Made by a program: the position numbers and the translations under genes. From assembly GCA_963746845.1 (NCBI GenBank), contig CAVVCZ010000006.1, positions 224,001 through 288,000 of the forward strand: a DNA stretch of 64,000 nucleotides. Direction: 5' to 3'. The notes under the pieces are model-generated. The model was given only the letters and a program-made list of their open reading frames with translations. It ran no database searches and had not been told where the DNA came from. Positions 19,593 to 30,909 of the stretch are shown here, one piece after another (positions within the stretch are counted from its first letter, which is position 1; each line of letters begins with the position of its first letter). Origin of the DNA: an uncultured Chloroflexia bacterium (GTDB lineage Bacteria; Chloroflexota; Limnocylindria; Limnocylindrales; CSP1-4).

Positions 19593-20846
19593 ATGGACAC
19601 CGAAGCCGTCGCGTCCGCCGCGACGGCGGTTCCCGCAGGCATCGACCCGGCCGCGCTCGACGCCGCCGACGTGCTCGCGCCGTTCCATCGGCGGTTCGTC
19701 GTGCCGGACCCGGAGCTCATCTACCTCGACGGGAACTCGCTGGGCCGGCCACCGCTGGCGGCGCTCGAACGACTCGCCCGCGTCGCGTCCGTGGAGTGGG
19801 CCGGCGAGCTGATCCGCGGCTGGGACCATTGGCTGGCCGAGCCACGACGGGTCGGCGACCTGCTCGGGACCGGGATCCTCGGGGCGAAGCCCGACGAGGT
19901 CGCGATCTGCGACTCGACGACGATCGACTTCTACCGGCTCGCGAGCGCGGCCCTGGACGCCCGGCCCGATCGACGCTTCATCGTCACGGACCGCTCGAAC
20001 TTCCCGACGGATCGCTACGTGCTGGAGGGCCTGGCCCGGGACCGGGGTCGCGAGATCGCCTGGCTCGACCCGGACGTCATCGACGGCCCGACGGTCGATG
20101 ACCTGACCGCCGTCCTGGCCCCCCATCCCGACGACGTCGCGCTCGTGACCCTGAGCCACGTCAACTACCGGTCCGCCGCGATCGCCGACCTTCCGGCGAT
20201 CACCGCGCTCGCCCACGACGCGGGGGCGCTCGTCGTGTGGGACCTGTCGCACTCGGGCGGGTCGATCCCGGTCGGGCTGGCGGAGCACGGCGTCGACCTG
20301 GCCGTGGGGTGCACGTACAAGTACCTGAACGGGGGCCCCGGTGCGCCCGCGTACCTCTACGTCCGGTCCGACCTGCAGACGGAGCTGCGGAACCCCATCC
20401 AGGGCTGGTTCGGGCAGGCCGAGCAGTTCGAGATGGGCCAGGGGTTCCGGGCGCAGCCGGGGATCGGCGGCTGGCTGACCGGCACGCCCGGGATCCTCGC
20501 GCTGGCGGTCGCCGAGGAGGGCATCCGGCTGACGGCCGAGGCCGGGATCGACCGGATCCGGGCGAAGGGGATCGCCCTGACCGAGTACGCGATCGCGTTG
20601 CACGACGCGATCCTGGCGCCGCTCGGGTTCACGCTCGGGAGCCCGCGCGACGCGACCCGACGCGGCGCGCACGTCTCGATCCGGCGGGCCGACGCGCGCG
20701 ACCTGACCCGCCGGATGATCGCCGCGGGCGTGATCCCGGACTTCCGCGCGCCCGACTCGATCCGCCTCGGGCTGTCGCCGCTCACGACGTCGTTCACGGA
20801 CGTCCGCCGCGCGTTCGACCGCATCGCGGAGCTCGCGGCGGTCTGA
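19593..20846 (+). CDS. kynU: kynureninase
   Basis: YLDGNSLG, WDLSHSGG, GCTYKYLNGGPG; ATG 7 nt after TAGACT. Confidence 0.92.
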   Translation: MDTEAVASAATAVPAGIDPAALDAADVLAPFHRRFVVPDPELIYLDGNSLGRPPLAALERLARVASVEWAGELIRGWDHWLAEPRRVGDLLGTGILGAKPDEVAICDSTTIDFYRLASAALDARPDRRFIVTDRSNFPTDRYVLEGLARDRGREIAWLDPDVIDGPTVDDLTAVLAPHPDDVALVTLSHVNYRSAAIADLPAITALAHDAGALVVWDLSHSGGSIPVGLAEHGVDLAVGCTYKYLNGGPGAPAYLYVRSDLQTELRNPIQGWFGQAEQFEMGQGFRAQPGIGGWLTGTPGILALAVAEEGIRLTAEAGIDRIRAKGIALTEYAIALHDAILAPLGFTLGSPRDATRRGAHVSIRRADARDLTRRMIAAGVIPDFRAPDSIRLGLSPLTTSFTDVRRAFDRIAELAAV

Positions 20847-20907
20847 ATCCCACCGAGGAACGGCGAGTGCTGGCACGTCTCGCACGCGACTGCGTTCGAC
20901 AGCCCTG

Positions 20908-22584
20908 CTAGACCTCCATCCTCAGCTCCTCGAGGTCCAGGTCGCGCTCGACGACGCGATACACCTCGTCCGAGATCGCGCCGCGCTCGCGCAGCGTCAG
21001 CAGCGCCTCGCGCTCGGCTTCCAGAACAGACGTCCGGATCTCGCGATGCTCGATCAGCTCCTGCTCGGCCTCCTCGTCCGCCTCCTCCGGGTGCTTGCGG
21101 ACCTGGGCATGGCGCGTGCGGTCGTCGTACTGGGCCTTGAGCCGGTCGATCAGCTCCATGTGGCCGGGCCACTCGGCGGCGAGCTGGTCGAGCCGGCCCA
21201 GCGCGGCGTCGGCCGCGACGAGCTGGGCGTAGGCCTCCTCGCGATCGGTGACCCCACGGCCGTCGTCGATCCCCAGCCGGTCGATCAGGAACGGGAGCGT
21301 CAGGCCTTGCCCGACGAGCGTCGCGAGGATGACCGCAAAGGTCAGGAAGATCACGAGGTTCCGGTCGGGAAACTCGATCGGCAGCGCGAGGGCGGCGGCC
21401 AGCGAGACCACGCCGCGCATTCCCGCCCAGGCGATCAGGGCGACGGCGCGCCGGGGCGGCGCCGGGTCGCGCTCGCGGATCTTCGCGCTCAGCAGGCGCG
21501 GAAGGTACGTCGCGGGGAAGACCCACACGATCCGGGCGAGGATCGTCGCGGCGGACACGGCGACGGCGAGCCCGATCAGCTCTGCGGGGCTGTACCCGGC
21601 GAGACCGGACAGGACCGTCGGCAGCTGCAGCCCGATGAGGATGAACACCGAGCCGTTGATCAGGAACAGGAGGATCTGCCAGGCCGACACGCCGGACAGG
21701 CGGACCTCGGAGCTCATCAGCCGGGGAGCCTTCCGACCGAGGTAGATCCCGGCCGCGACGGTGCACAGCACGCCGGACAGCTGGTACGGGAAGTTGACCG
21801 CGGCGAGGTATGCGACCAGGGGCGCGAGGAACGTCAGGACGACCGAGAAGACCGGGTCGTTGACCCGGCCCACCGCCCAGGCCGTCACGGCCCCGATCGC
21901 GAGACCGAGAAGGATCCCGCCGACCGAGGCGACGACGAACGTCGAGCCGGCGTCGACCAGCGAGAAGCCGCCGACCGTCCCGGCGATCACGGCGAACCGG
22001 TAGGCGACGAGCGCCGTCGCGTCGTTCAGGAGGGACTCGCCCTCGAGGATCGTCACGATCCGGCGCGGCACGCCGAGCCGCTCGAACACGGTCGTGGCGG
22101 CGACGGCGTCCGGTGGCGCCACGATCGCGCCGAGGGCGAAGGCGGCCGCCAGCGGCAGGTCTGGCACCAGCGCCTGTGCGACGGCCGCGACGACCACGGT
22201 CGTGAACAGGACCAGCCCGACCGCCAGCAGGAGGATCGGCCGGAGGTTCGCCCGCAGGTCGCGGATCGAGGTGAAGAAGCCGGCCCCGAACAGGATCGGC
22301 GGCAGGAAGAGCAGGAAGACGACATCCGGCGCGAGCTCGACCGTCGGCAGCCCCGGGATGAACCCGATCGCGAGGCCGCCGAGGACCAGGAGGATCGGGT
22401 ACGGGATGCCGAGCCGCCGCGCGACGATCGCGAGCGCGGTCGCCGCGATGAGCAGCGCCAGGAGCAGCTCGATCGAGGCGCTCGCGCTCCCGTCGGTCAG
22501 GCCCGCGGCGAGACCCGGCCCGGGTCCGACCGTCGTCGGTGAGGCGATCGCCGCGACCGAGGCGAGGAACGTGCTGCCGATCAC
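20908..22584 (-). CDS. CPA1-family Na+/H+ antiporter
   Basis: FLPPILF, PPDAVA, EGESLLNDA, GMRGVVSLAAAL. Confidence 0.92.
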   Translation of the reverse strand: MIGSTFLASVAAIASPTTVGPGPGLAAGLTDGSASASIELLLALLIAATALAIVARRLGIPYPILLVLGGLAIGFIPGLPTVELAPDVVFLLFLPPILFGAGFFTSIRDLRANLRPILLLAVGLVLFTTVVVAAVAQALVPDLPLAAAFALGAIVAPPDAVAATTVFERLGVPRRIVTILEGESLLNDATALVAYRFAVIAGTVGGFSLVDAGSTFVVASVGGILLGLAIGAVTAWAVGRVNDPVFSVVLTFLAPLVAYLAAVNFPYQLSGVLCTVAAGIYLGRKAPRLMSSEVRLSGVSAWQILLFLINGSVFILIGLQLPTVLSGLAGYSPAELIGLAVAVSAATILARIVWVFPATYLPRLLSAKIRERDPAPPRRAVALIAWAGMRGVVSLAAALALPIEFPDRNLVIFLTFAVILATLVGQGLTLPFLIDRLGIDDGRGVTDREEAYAQLVAADAALGRLDQLAAEWPGHMELIDRLKAQYDDRTRHAQVRKHPEEADEEAEQELIEHREIRTSVLEAEREALLTLRERGAISDEVYRVVERDLDLEELRMEV

Positions 22585-24563
22585 CCTCGGGGGCCGGACC
22601 CGCCCGTCGCGGCGGCGCCTTCGCCGAGGAACGCGACGTCGATCGGCTCGATCGGATCGGCGGGGACGAACCCGAAGACCTGCCCGTAGAACGACAGCTC
22701 GGTCTCGAACGCGCGGATGATGCTGGATGCCGCGCGGAACCCGTGGTCCTCGCCGGGGAACACGACGTAGGCGTGGGGCAGGTGGCGCTCCCACAGGACG
22801 TCGACGATCTGCTCCGCCTGGGCCGGCGGGACGATCCGGTCCTCGGCGCCCTGGAGGATCAGGACCGGGCACGAGATCCGCTCGGCGTAGTTCAGCGGCG
22901 AGCGGTCGTGGTACAGGTCCTTGCGCTCCGGGTACGGCCCGATCAGCCGGTCGAGGTAGCGCGACTCGAACTTGTGGGTCTCCTTGATGAACGTCTCGAG
23001 GTCGCCGATCCCGAAGTAGCTGGTGCCCGCGGAGAACGCGTCGCTGAACGTGACCGCGCAGAGGGTCGTGTAGCCGCTCGCACTACCGCCCCGGATCGCG
23101 AGCCGGTCACCGTCGACGATCCCTCGCTCGGCGAGCCAGCGGGCACCGGCGACGCAATCGGCGAGGTCGACGACGCCCCACTCCCCCTCGAGGCGCTTGC
23201 GATAGTCGCGGCCGTAGCCGGTCGAGCCGCCGTAGTCGACATCGAGCACGGCGAACCCGCGGCTCGTGAACAGCTGGACGGGCACCGAGAAGGCCGTCGA
23301 CGCCTCCGCGGTCGGGCCACCGTGGCTCGTGACGATCAGTGGCGGCAGCTCGCCGTCCGGACCGTGGGCCGTGCGGTTGACCGGCCGATAGAGGAAGCCG
23401 TACGCCGTCCGATCGCCGTCGGTCGGGAACTCGACCGGCTCGCAGGCGGCGAGGTCGGCCGGGTCGTACCGGATCGTGGTGGACGGCTTGAGCTCGCGGG
23501 TCGTGCCGGTCGCCAGGTCCAGCTCGACGATCGCCCACGGCCGGTCCGGCGCGGCCGCCCGAAAGACCGCGGCATCCCCGTCCGTCGCGACGTAGCTGAT
23601 CTCGGTGAACGGCAGGTCGATCAGTGTGGCGGCCCCATCCGTCGCGATCCGGTAGAGCCGGTCGCGCCCGCCGCTCCGACCCACGGCGAGGATCGACCCG
23701 TCGTCGACGAACGCGAAGTTCGCCAGCTGGAACACCCAGTCCGCGAACGCGAACTCGGCCTGCACCGGCACGCTCGCCCGCTGGACGACCTCCCCCGGAC
23801 CGAGCCGGAACAGGTTCATCCAGCCGTCCGGCTCGGCGACGAAGTGGAGGACGCCGGCCGGCGACCAGCGCGGCTGGGCGATCCAATCCGACGGGCTGCC
23901 GGCGACGACCCGCGCGCCCACGGGCCGCCCGGCGGCGTCGAGGCTGGCGAGGACCAGCTCGGTCCCGTCCCACGGCAGATTCGGGTGGTCCCAGCGCAGC
24001 CAGGCGAGCCGCGATCCGTCCGGCGAGAGCCGCGGCGACGAGAAGAAGTCGAAGCCGTCCGCGAGGACCGTCACCTCGCCGCTCGCGAGATCGATCGAGA
24101 CGACGGCGTTCTCGGCCTCGCCATGACGGGCCAGCGTGTCCGGGTCGTGATCCTCGCGGATCGCCAGGATCCGGTTCCGGTCGCGATCGACGCCCAGATC
24201 GGCGAAGCGCCACGCCCGCCCGTCGGGCGTCAGCGGCTCGAGGACGCCGGGTGCGGTCACCCTGTGGAGCCGCCCCGTCGCGAAGTCGGACACGACCACG
24301 AGGTCGCCCTCGATGAGGTACGCCCCGCCGCCGTACTCGTGGACGCGACATCGCGCATTGAACCCCTCCGGTGTCAGACGCGTCTCGGTGCCGTCCGTCT
24401 CGCGCCGGACGAGGACCTGCCGGCCGCCCTCCTCGGGGCGGCCCTCGAGCCACGAGCGCCGGCCGGCCGCGGCCCCGATCTCGGCGAACGAGACGGTCCC
24501 CTTGGTCAGCAGCTCGATCGCGAACGGCGATGGCCAGGCCCCGAACGGGACCGCGGAGCTCAC
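22581..24563 (-). CDS. S9 prolyl oligopeptidase-family peptidase
   Basis: [20 protein letters not shown] nucleophile elbow, ED..V, EDHGF. Confidence 0.92.
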   Translation of the reverse strand: MSSAVPFGAWPSPFAIELLTKGTVSFAEIGAAAGRRSWLEGRPEEGGRQVLVRRETDGTETRLTPEGFNARCRVHEYGGGAYLIEGDLVVVSDFATGRLHRVTAPGVLEPLTPDGRAWRFADLGVDRDRNRILAIREDHDPDTLARHGEAENAVVSIDLASGEVTVLADGFDFFSSPRLSPDGSRLAWLRWDHPNLPWDGTELVLASLDAAGRPVGARVVAGSPSDWIAQPRWSPAGVLHFVAEPDGWMNLFRLGPGEVVQRASVPVQAEFAFADWVFQLANFAFVDDGSILAVGRSGGRDRLYRIATDGAATLIDLPFTEISYVATDGDAAVFRAAAPDRPWAIVELDLATGTTRELKPSTTIRYDPADLAACEPVEFPTDGDRTAYGFLYRPVNRTAHGPDGELPPLIVTSHGGPTAEASTAFSVPVQLFTSRGFAVLDVDYGGSTGYGRDYRKRLEGEWGVVDLADCVAGARWLAERGIVDGDRLAIRGGSASGYTTLCAVTFSDAFSAGTSYFGIGDLETFIKETHKFESRYLDRLIGPYPERKDLYHDRSPLNYAERISCPVLILQGAEDRIVPPAQAEQIVDVLWERHLPHAYVVFPGEDHGFRAASSIIRAFETELSFYGQVFGFVPADPIEPIDVAFLGEGAAATGGSGPRG

Positions 24564-25852
24564 GTCCCGTGCTGCCACGAGGACACGTAGGCCTTCTGCT
24601 CCGGGGTCATGTCGTCGAGGGTGATCCCGAGCGCCGCGAGCTTCAGCCGAGCCACCTCGGCGTCGATCGCCTCGGGGACCACGTAGACCCGCGGCTCCAG
24701 CTCCGCGTGGTGGATCGCCACGTACTCCGCGGACAAGGCCTGGTTCGCGAAGCTCATGTCCATGACGGCGGCCGGGTGGCCTTCGGCCGCGCCGAGGTTC
24801 ACGAGCCGGCCCTCGGCGATGAGGTTGACCTTCTTGCCGCCGAGGTCGAACTCCTGGACGTTCTCGCGCGCGTCGCGAACATGCCCCTCGGCCATCTCGC
24901 GGAGCGCCTTCAGGTCCAGCTCCGCGTCGAAGTGGCCGGAGTTGGCCATGATCGCCCCGTCGCGCATCGCCGCGAAGTGCTCGCGGCGGAACACGTTCAG
25001 GTTGCCGGTCGCGGTCACGAACAGCTCGCCCCACGGAGCGGCGTCCGCCGCGGTCATCACCTGGAACCCGTCCATCAGCGCCTCGAGCGCGCGGACCGGG
25101 TCGACCTCGATGATCGCCACATGGGCGCCCATCCCGTGCATCCGGGAGGCGATCCCGCGGCCCACCCAGCCATAGCCCGCGATGACGACGTTCCGCCCGG
25201 CGAGGAGGATGTTCGTCGCGCGGAGGATCCCGTCGACGGTGCTCTGGCCGGTGCCGTAGCGGTTGTCGAACAGGTGCTTCGTGAGCGCCTCGTTCACCGC
25301 GACGACCGGGAAGCCGAGCGCACCGTCCGCGGCCATCGCCTTGAGCCGGATGACGCCGGTCGTCGTCTCTTCCGTCCCGGCGAGGACCTCGGGCACCTGC
25401 CCGGGCCGCTCGCTGTGGAGCAGCGACACGAGGTCGCAGCCGTCGTCCATCGTGATCTGCGGCCGCGTGTCCGCGACGCTGTTGAGGTGCGCGTAGTACG
25501 TGTCGCGGTCCTCGCCCCGGCGGGCGAACGTTGCGATCCCGTACTCGGCGACGAGCGCGGCCGCGACGTCGTCCTTCGTGGACAACGGGTTCGAGGCCGC
25601 GAGCACGACCTCCGCGCCGCCGGCCTTGAGGGTCCGCATCAGGTTCGCGGTCTCGGTGGTGACGTGAAGGCATGCCCCGATCCGCAGGCCGGCCAGCGGC
25701 TGCTCCCGGGCGAACCGCTCGCGGATCAGGCGGAGGACGGGCATCTCGCGCTCCGCCCACTCGATCCGCCGGACGCCCTCGGCCGCCAGGCCGAGATCGG
25801 TCACGTCGTGAGCGGGCAGCCCGATCGCGGGCACAATCTGGGTATCGGTCAT
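24560..25852 (-). CDS. ahcY: adenosylhomocysteinase
   Basis: [39 protein letters not shown]. Confidence 0.97.
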   Translation of the reverse strand: MTDTQIVPAIGLPAHDVTDLGLAAEGVRRIEWAEREMPVLRLIRERFAREQPLAGLRIGACLHVTTETANLMRTLKAGGAEVVLAASNPLSTKDDVAAALVAEYGIATFARRGEDRDTYYAHLNSVADTRPQITMDDGCDLVSLLHSERPGQVPEVLAGTEETTTGVIRLKAMAADGALGFPVVAVNEALTKHLFDNRYGTGQSTVDGILRATNILLAGRNVVIAGYGWVGRGIASRMHGMGAHVAIIEVDPVRALEALMDGFQVMTAADAAPWGELFVTATGNLNVFRREHFAAMRDGAIMANSGHFDAELDLKALREMAEGHVRDARENVQEFDLGGKKVNLIAEGRLVNLGAAEGHPAAVMDMSFANQALSAEYVAIHHAELEPRVYVVPEAIDAEVARLKLAALGITLDDMTPEQKAYVSSWQHGT

Positions 25853-26721
25853 CGAGGATCGTTCTCCCTGCGGGTGAAGAAGCGTCGGAGCGGGCCGGTG
25901 AAGCTCGGCCAGGGCGAGCCGAGCCGGTGGGCGAGGCGCTCCTCGAACCGGACATGCTCGGCGTAGCCCAGGCGCTGGTAGGCCTGGAGGGCGGGCGGGT
26001 TGTCGGAGCGGACGTTGAGGACGACCTGGTCGCAGGTCCGGAGCAGCTCCGCGGTGACGGCCCCGGTGACGGCCGTCGCGAAACCGCGTCCACGATAGTC
26101 GACATGGGTCAGAACGTTGCCGACGACCGCCAGCCGGCCGCGCGGACTGATGACGTGGGTCCCCGCGGCGGCCACGAGCCGGCCCCCGACGCGGATCCCG
26201 AAGTAGACCCCGTCGCCGATCGCCGACGACGGGAGCCACGAGGCGAACCCGAGCTGGTAGAGCCGGTTCAGCTCGCCGATGTCGATCGGCAGGAGACGCC
26301 GGACGTCCGCCGGGTACGGCCGGAACCGCGTCCGGTCGACCCACATCCGGACCATCTGGGGGCCCGGGTCCAGCCGGTACGACGTCCGGACGGCCTCCAC
26401 GGATTCCGGCAGGACGGCGACGTAGGCGGCGCGCGGCCGGACGACGTCGCGGAGCACCGCCTCGATCCCGTCGGAGCGACCCATCACGAACAGCGGCTGG
26501 GGCGTCAGCCCGGAGTATTCGAGGGCGAGGGCGACGAGCCGGTCGCCGTCGAACGCGCCGCCCCAGCGGGTCTTCCCGAACTCCCGGTCCTCGAGATCGC
26601 AGATCGCATAGGCGGCCATCAGCCGGTCCGTCTCGAGGAACGCCCGGAGCTGGGTCCGGTCGTTGATCGTCCGCGTCGACAGGCCGTGGGTCCGGCTCCT
26701 CGTCGCGGTAACGCTGGCCAT
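25849..26721 (-). CDS. GNAT-family acetyltransferase (FR47-like C-terminus)
   Basis: [28 protein letters not shown]. Confidence 0.88.
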   Translation of the reverse strand: MASVTATRSRTHGLSTRTINDRTQLRAFLETDRLMAAYAICDLEDREFGKTRWGGAFDGDRLVALALEYSGLTPQPLFVMGRSDGIEAVLRDVVRPRAAYVAVLPESVEAVRTSYRLDPGPQMVRMWVDRTRFRPYPADVRRLLPIDIGELNRLYQLGFASWLPSSAIGDGVYFGIRVGGRLVAAAGTHVISPRGRLAVVGNVLTHVDYRGRGFATAVTGAVTAELLRTCDQVVLNVRSDNPPALQAYQRLGYAEHVRFEERLAHRLGSPWPSFTGPLRRFFTRRENDPR

Positions 26722-28163
26722 CAGCCGGCCGCCTGGACAGGGGGCAGGGCCGTGGGCGACGGCACGGGTGCCGTCGTGGGCACTGCCACGGAGCGTGAGG
26801 AGGCCCAGCGGGCCGTCGCCGCGGCCACGGCATCAGCGAGCCCCGCCGCGAACGGCGGCCGGACGACGCCCTCCTCGGTGACGATCCCGGTGATCAGCTC
26901 GGCGGGGGTGACATCGAACGACGGATTGCGGACCTCCGTGCCGGCCGGCGCGATCAGGACGCCGCGGATCCGGAGGACCTCGTCCGCCGGTCGCTCCTCG
27001 ATCTCGATCGCGTCGCCGTCGGCCGTCGCGAGATCGATCGAGGTCGTCGGCGCACAGACGAAGAACGGGATGCCGTGCCGCGCGGCCAGGACCGCGAGCG
27101 GATACGTCCCGACCTTGTTCGCCGTGTCCCCGTTCGCCGCGACCCGGTCCGCGCCGACGAGCACGACGTCGACCTCGCCGCCGCGCATCAGCGAGCCCGC
27201 AGCGACGTCCGGGATCAGCGTGTGCGGCACGCCGGCCTGCTCCAGCTCCCAGGCCGTGAGGCGCGCGCCCTGGAGGTAGGGCCGCGTCTCGTCGACCCAG
27301 ACGCTGATCTCGCGACCGGCGTGGTGGGCGGCCTGGACGATCCCGAGGGCGGTCCCGAACTGGCCGCAGGCGAGCGGCCCGGTGTTGCAGTGGGTGAGGA
27401 TCCGGAGCGGCCCGAACTCGCGGGTCGGGAGGGCCTCGAGCCCGAACTCGGCGAGGCGCCCGTGGTCGGTCGTGGCCTCGGAGACGATCGCATCGGCCTC
27501 GGCTCGGAGCGCGGCCGCCACCATCGCCCCGTCCTCGGTCAGGTCGCCGACCGCCTCGTAGCGGGCGATCATCCGGTCCACCGCCCAGCCGAGGTTCACG
27601 GCGGTCGGCCGGGCGGCTCGCAGCGCCGACGCCGCACCGCGCAGGATCGCCCGGCGCGCGTAGGGCATCGTGTCGCGGGCTCGCTCGGCGGACAGCGCGA
27701 GACCGATCGCCGCGACCTGCCCGATCGCCGGCGCACCCCGGACGACCATCTGGCGGATCGCGTTGGCGGCCTCGGGACCGTTGTGGACCTCGACCTCGAC
27801 GAGCTCGTCCGGGAGGCGCCGCTGGTCGATCAGCAGGAGCACGCCGTTGTCCTCGCGGAACGGCGTCCGGAAGCCGGTCGGCGGTCCGGACGGGACCGGC
27901 GCGCTTCCGGGCGGGGCCGTCGCGTCACCCTCGCGGAGCGACGCGTTCACGGGATCGAGGATCGCCCCGGCCGCCTCCGCGGATGCTCGCTGGAGCGCCT
28001 GCGCGGCACCGGCGACGGTCGCCGCCGTCTGGATCAGCTCGCCGGCGAACTGCCGGAAGAACCGCCGACGCGCGAGGTCGACCTCCTCGACGGGCTCGGC
28101 CGCGTCGGCGGTCCCGGCCGGGTCGGCGGGGACAGGTTCGGGATCGCGCGTCGGGTCGGCCAA
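26721..28163 (-). CDS. mtnA: S-methyl-5-thioribose-1-phosphate isomerase with N-terminal extension
   Basis: [46 protein letters not shown]; TTG start uncertain. Confidence 0.92.
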   Translation of the reverse strand: MADPTRDPEPVPADPAGTADAAEPVEEVDLARRRFFRQFAGELIQTAATVAGAAQALQRASAEAAGAILDPVNASLREGDATAPPGSAPVPSGPPTGFRTPFREDNGVLLLIDQRRLPDELVEVEVHNGPEAANAIRQMVVRGAPAIGQVAAIGLALSAERARDTMPYARRAILRGAASALRAARPTAVNLGWAVDRMIARYEAVGDLTEDGAMVAAALRAEADAIVSEATTDHGRLAEFGLEALPTREFGPLRILTHCNTGPLACGQFGTALGIVQAAHHAGREISVWVDETRPYLQGARLTAWELEQAGVPHTLIPDVAAGSLMRGGEVDVVLVGADRVAANGDTANKVGTYPLAVLAARHGIPFFVCAPTTSIDLATADGDAIEIEERPADEVLRIRGVLIAPAGTEVRNPSFDVTPAELITGIVTEEGVVRPPFAAGLADAVAAATARWASSRSVAVPTTAPVPSPTALPPVQAAG

Positions 28164-28211
28164 TGCGGTCTCGCTGTGGTCAGTCGGGAGCGTCGACGGC
28201 CGGCGTCCGGG

Positions 28212-28733
28212 TCAGTACTGGATGACGCTGGTGACCCGGCGCCCGTCGAGCCGGTCGCGGCCCTTCAGGAAGTCGAGCTCGACGAGGAACGCGAGACCCA
28301 CGACGTTGCCCTTCAGTCGCTCGACCAGCTCGATCGTGCCCTTGACCGTCCCGCCGGTCGCGAGCAGGTCGTCCACGATCAGGACCTTCTGGCCCGGCTC
28401 GATCGCGTCGCGGTGGATCTCGAGCGTGTTCGATCCGTATTCGAGCGCGTACTCGACCGTGATCGTCTCCGCCGGCAGCTTGCCCAGCTTGCGAACCGGC
28501 ACGAGCCCGGCCTTCAGCTGGTAGGCCATCGCGGAGCTGAAGATGAAGCCACGCGACTCCATGCCGACGACGATGTCGATCTGCTCGCCCTCGTAGGGCT
28601 TGAGCATCAGGTCGATCGCCTCGCGATACGCCGCCTTGTCCTTCAGCAGCGTCGTGATGTCATAGAAGAGGATCCCGGGCTTCGGGAAGTCAGGGATCTC
28701 GCGGATCTTTGCGCGAAGCTCCTCGGCGGACAT
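28212..28733 (-). CDS. apt: adenine phosphoribosyltransferase
   Basis: IPDFPKPGILFYDITT, VRKLGKLP, YALEYG, VDDLLATGGT. Confidence 0.97.
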   Translation of the reverse strand: MSAEELRAKIREIPDFPKPGILFYDITTLLKDKAAYREAIDLMLKPYEGEQIDIVVGMESRGFIFSSAMAYQLKAGLVPVRKLGKLPAETITVEYALEYGSNTLEIHRDAIEPGQKVLIVDDLLATGGTVKGTIELVERLKGNVVGLAFLVELDFLKGRDRLDGRRVTSVIQY

Positions 28734-28840
28734 CGGCGCGCGTTCCTCCAGGTGGGCAAGGCCCGGTGCAGGTCCCGATCGGACGGTGCGCAAGTCTACC
28801 CCTCCGGGACCGTGCTGCGAACCCGTCGGTCAGGACCGGA

Positions 28841-30283
28841 TCAGGCCGCCCCGATCGCCTGTTCCGGCACGCGCGCGCCGGCGCGTCGACGGACGCGCGG
28901 CGTCAGCGTCAACCCCACGACCGCCACGGCGATCGACACGGCGAAGGTCAGCGCCAGCCCGACCCAGCCCGCCGATCCGGACCGTGCGGCGCCCGCGATG
29001 AACGCGCCGCCGAGCCCGGTCCCGAGGGACGTCCCGAGCACGTCCGACAGCTGGAGCCCGGCGGTGGAGGCCCCCTGCAGCTCCGCCGGTGCGTCGCGCA
29101 GCACGATGATCGCCGGCGTGGAGTAGCTCAGGCCCATCCCCAGCCCGGCGACGCTCCAGGTGACGACCGCGACGATCAGCGGGACCGAGGGGATCAGGAT
29201 CGCCGCGAACCCCGCGATCCCGAGGGCGAGGACCGCGAACCCGAGCGCGAGGAACCGACGGGGACCGTACCGCTCGATCCGCTGGGCGAGAATCCACGAG
29301 CCGCCCGTCCACGACAGCGTCGACGCGGTGAACACGAGCCCGGACACCAGCGCCGGCTCGCCCCGCCAGTCCTGGATCGCGAGCGGGACGAAGGCGTCGG
29401 CGCAGAAGAAGGCGAACGTCAGGAATCCGCGCAGGAGGACGGCCGCCGGCATCCCCCGTGCGGCCCGGATCGTCCCGGCCGGGGTGAGCCGGGCGAAGGC
29501 CGGGGTCCCGATCAGCAGGCCCGCGACGATGAGCGGGATCGGCGCAGGCCCGAGGTTCGACAGCCCGGCCACGGTCAGGGCCGCGCCGGCGACGAGGACC
29601 AGCGCGAGGGGGAGGCGGCGGCGCGCGTCGACGGCGACTTCGTGCTCGCCCTCGGCCGCCTCTGCCCCCGGAGCCACCGAGCGGATTGCCGGCAGGGTCA
29701 GGATGACCGCGACGGCGATCAGCGGCAGCAGCCCGAGGAAGACCAGGCGCCAGTGGAAGGTCTCGGCGACGATCCCCGCGAGGCTCGGTCCGATGACGCC
29801 CGGGATCACCCAGGCGGTCGAGAGCGTCGCGAACATCCGGGGCCGCAGCCGTTCCGGCAGCGCCCGGCCGATCGAGACGTAGGCGACCGCCGGAATGGCA
29901 CCCGCGCCCAACCCCTGGATCACGCGGGCGGCGACGAGGACGGGCATCGTCGGGGCGAGGCCGCCGATCAGCAGCCCGAGCGAGAACAGGCCGATGCCGG
30001 TGAGGAATGGCCGGGTGAGGCCGCCGCGATCGATCATGATCCCGGCCACGACGATGCCGAGCAGGCTCCCGAGAAAGAACCCGGAGAAGACCCAGCCGTA
30101 GAGGTCGAGGCCGCCGAGATCCTTCGCGACGATCGGCATGATCGTGGAGACGGCGAGGGCCTCCGACGCGACGATCGTGACGTTCAGGACGAGCCCGATC
30201 GTCAGCGACCGCCGACCCGGGGACCACAGGGAGTCGGTGGCGGCGCCGCGTTCCGTGGGCTCGGCGGCGGCGGATGGGTTCAC
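28841..30283 (-). CDS. MFS transporter
   Basis: About 14 hydrophobic segments; DRGG/ERYG motif-A-like loops; RVIQGLGAG. Confidence 0.88.
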   Translation of the reverse strand: MNPSAAAEPTERGAATDSLWSPGRRSLTIGLVLNVTIVASEALAVSTIMPIVAKDLGGLDLYGWVFSGFFLGSLLGIVVAGIMIDRGGLTRPFLTGIGLFSLGLLIGGLAPTMPVLVAARVIQGLGAGAIPAVAYVSIGRALPERLRPRMFATLSTAWVIPGVIGPSLAGIVAETFHWRLVFLGLLPLIAVAVILTLPAIRSVAPGAEAAEGEHEVAVDARRRLPLALVLVAGAALTVAGLSNLGPAPIPLIVAGLLIGTPAFARLTPAGTIRAARGMPAAVLLRGFLTFAFFCADAFVPLAIQDWRGEPALVSGLVFTASTLSWTGGSWILAQRIERYGPRRFLALGFAVLALGIAGFAAILIPSVPLIVAVVTWSVAGLGMGLSYSTPAIIVLRDAPAELQGASTAGLQLSDVLGTSLGTGLGGAFIAGAARSGSAGWVGLALTFAVSIAVAVVGLTLTPRVRRRAGARVPEQAIGAA

Positions 30284-30355
30284 TTCCGGAAGGATGCCCG
30301 CTCGACGATCGTCGCGCCGTGGACGATCGTCGGCGCCCGGTCTACGCTGCGCGGC

Positions 30356-30874
30356 ATGACCGTCATCGGCGAGCGTCCCGTCCCGGGCGACGCAACCAGC
30401 GCCCCGACCGGCATCGGCCGGGTGGAGTCGATTCACATCGCGAGCGCAGGAGGCGGTCCCATGCACGCCGTCGAGCGGGTGCGTGCGCTCGCAGGGATCG
30501 GCCTCGAGGGCGACCGCTACGCGGTGGGCGTCGGTCACTACTCCAGCCGGGTGGAGCCGGATCGGCACGTCACGCTGATCGCCGCCGAGGAGCTGGATCG
30601 GCTGGCCACGGAGCACGGGATCGTCCTGGCCTCCGGCGAGAGCCGCCGCAACGTCACGACCCGCGGGATCGACCTGAACGCGCTGGTCGGCCACCGGTTC
30701 CGGATCGGGGCGGTGGAGTGCGAGGCAACCCGGCTCTGCGAGCCCTGCCAGTACCTGACGGACCTGCTCGGCAAGCCGGTGCTCCCGCACCTGGTCCATC
30801 GCGCCGGGCTGCGGGCCCGGATCCTCACGGATGGCGAGATCGGGCCCGGCGACGAGGTCGTCGCGCTCGACTGA
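30356..30874 (+). CDS. MOSC-domain protein
   Basis: GLEGDRY, RRNVTTRG, CEPC, GEI..GD; ATG 7 nt after TACGCT. Confidence 0.88.
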   Translation: MTVIGERPVPGDATSAPTGIGRVESIHIASAGGGPMHAVERVRALAGIGLEGDRYAVGVGHYSSRVEPDRHVTLIAAEELDRLATEHGIVLASGESRRNVTTRGIDLNALVGHRFRIGAVECEATRLCEPCQYLTDLLGKPVLPHLVHRAGLRARILTDGEIGPGDEVVALD

Positions 30875-30909
30875 CCCGCGCAGCGTCGACGCGCGGCGCG
30901 GTCGAGCCC

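Noticed and set aside
20865-20876. CIRCE-like half site GAGTGCTGG
   Set aside because: No matching left half, and it lies between convergent genes. No CIRCE before dnaJ either.
3864-26105. Long N-terminal extensions of track ORFs (3864..6530, 8064..9710, 11856..13667, 15082..17139, 18411..20846, 22581..26105) and many Arg/Pro-rich antisense ORFs
   Set aside because: Shadow frames of real genes in very GC-rich DNA. True starts are marked by GTGA/ATGA overlaps or promoter elements.
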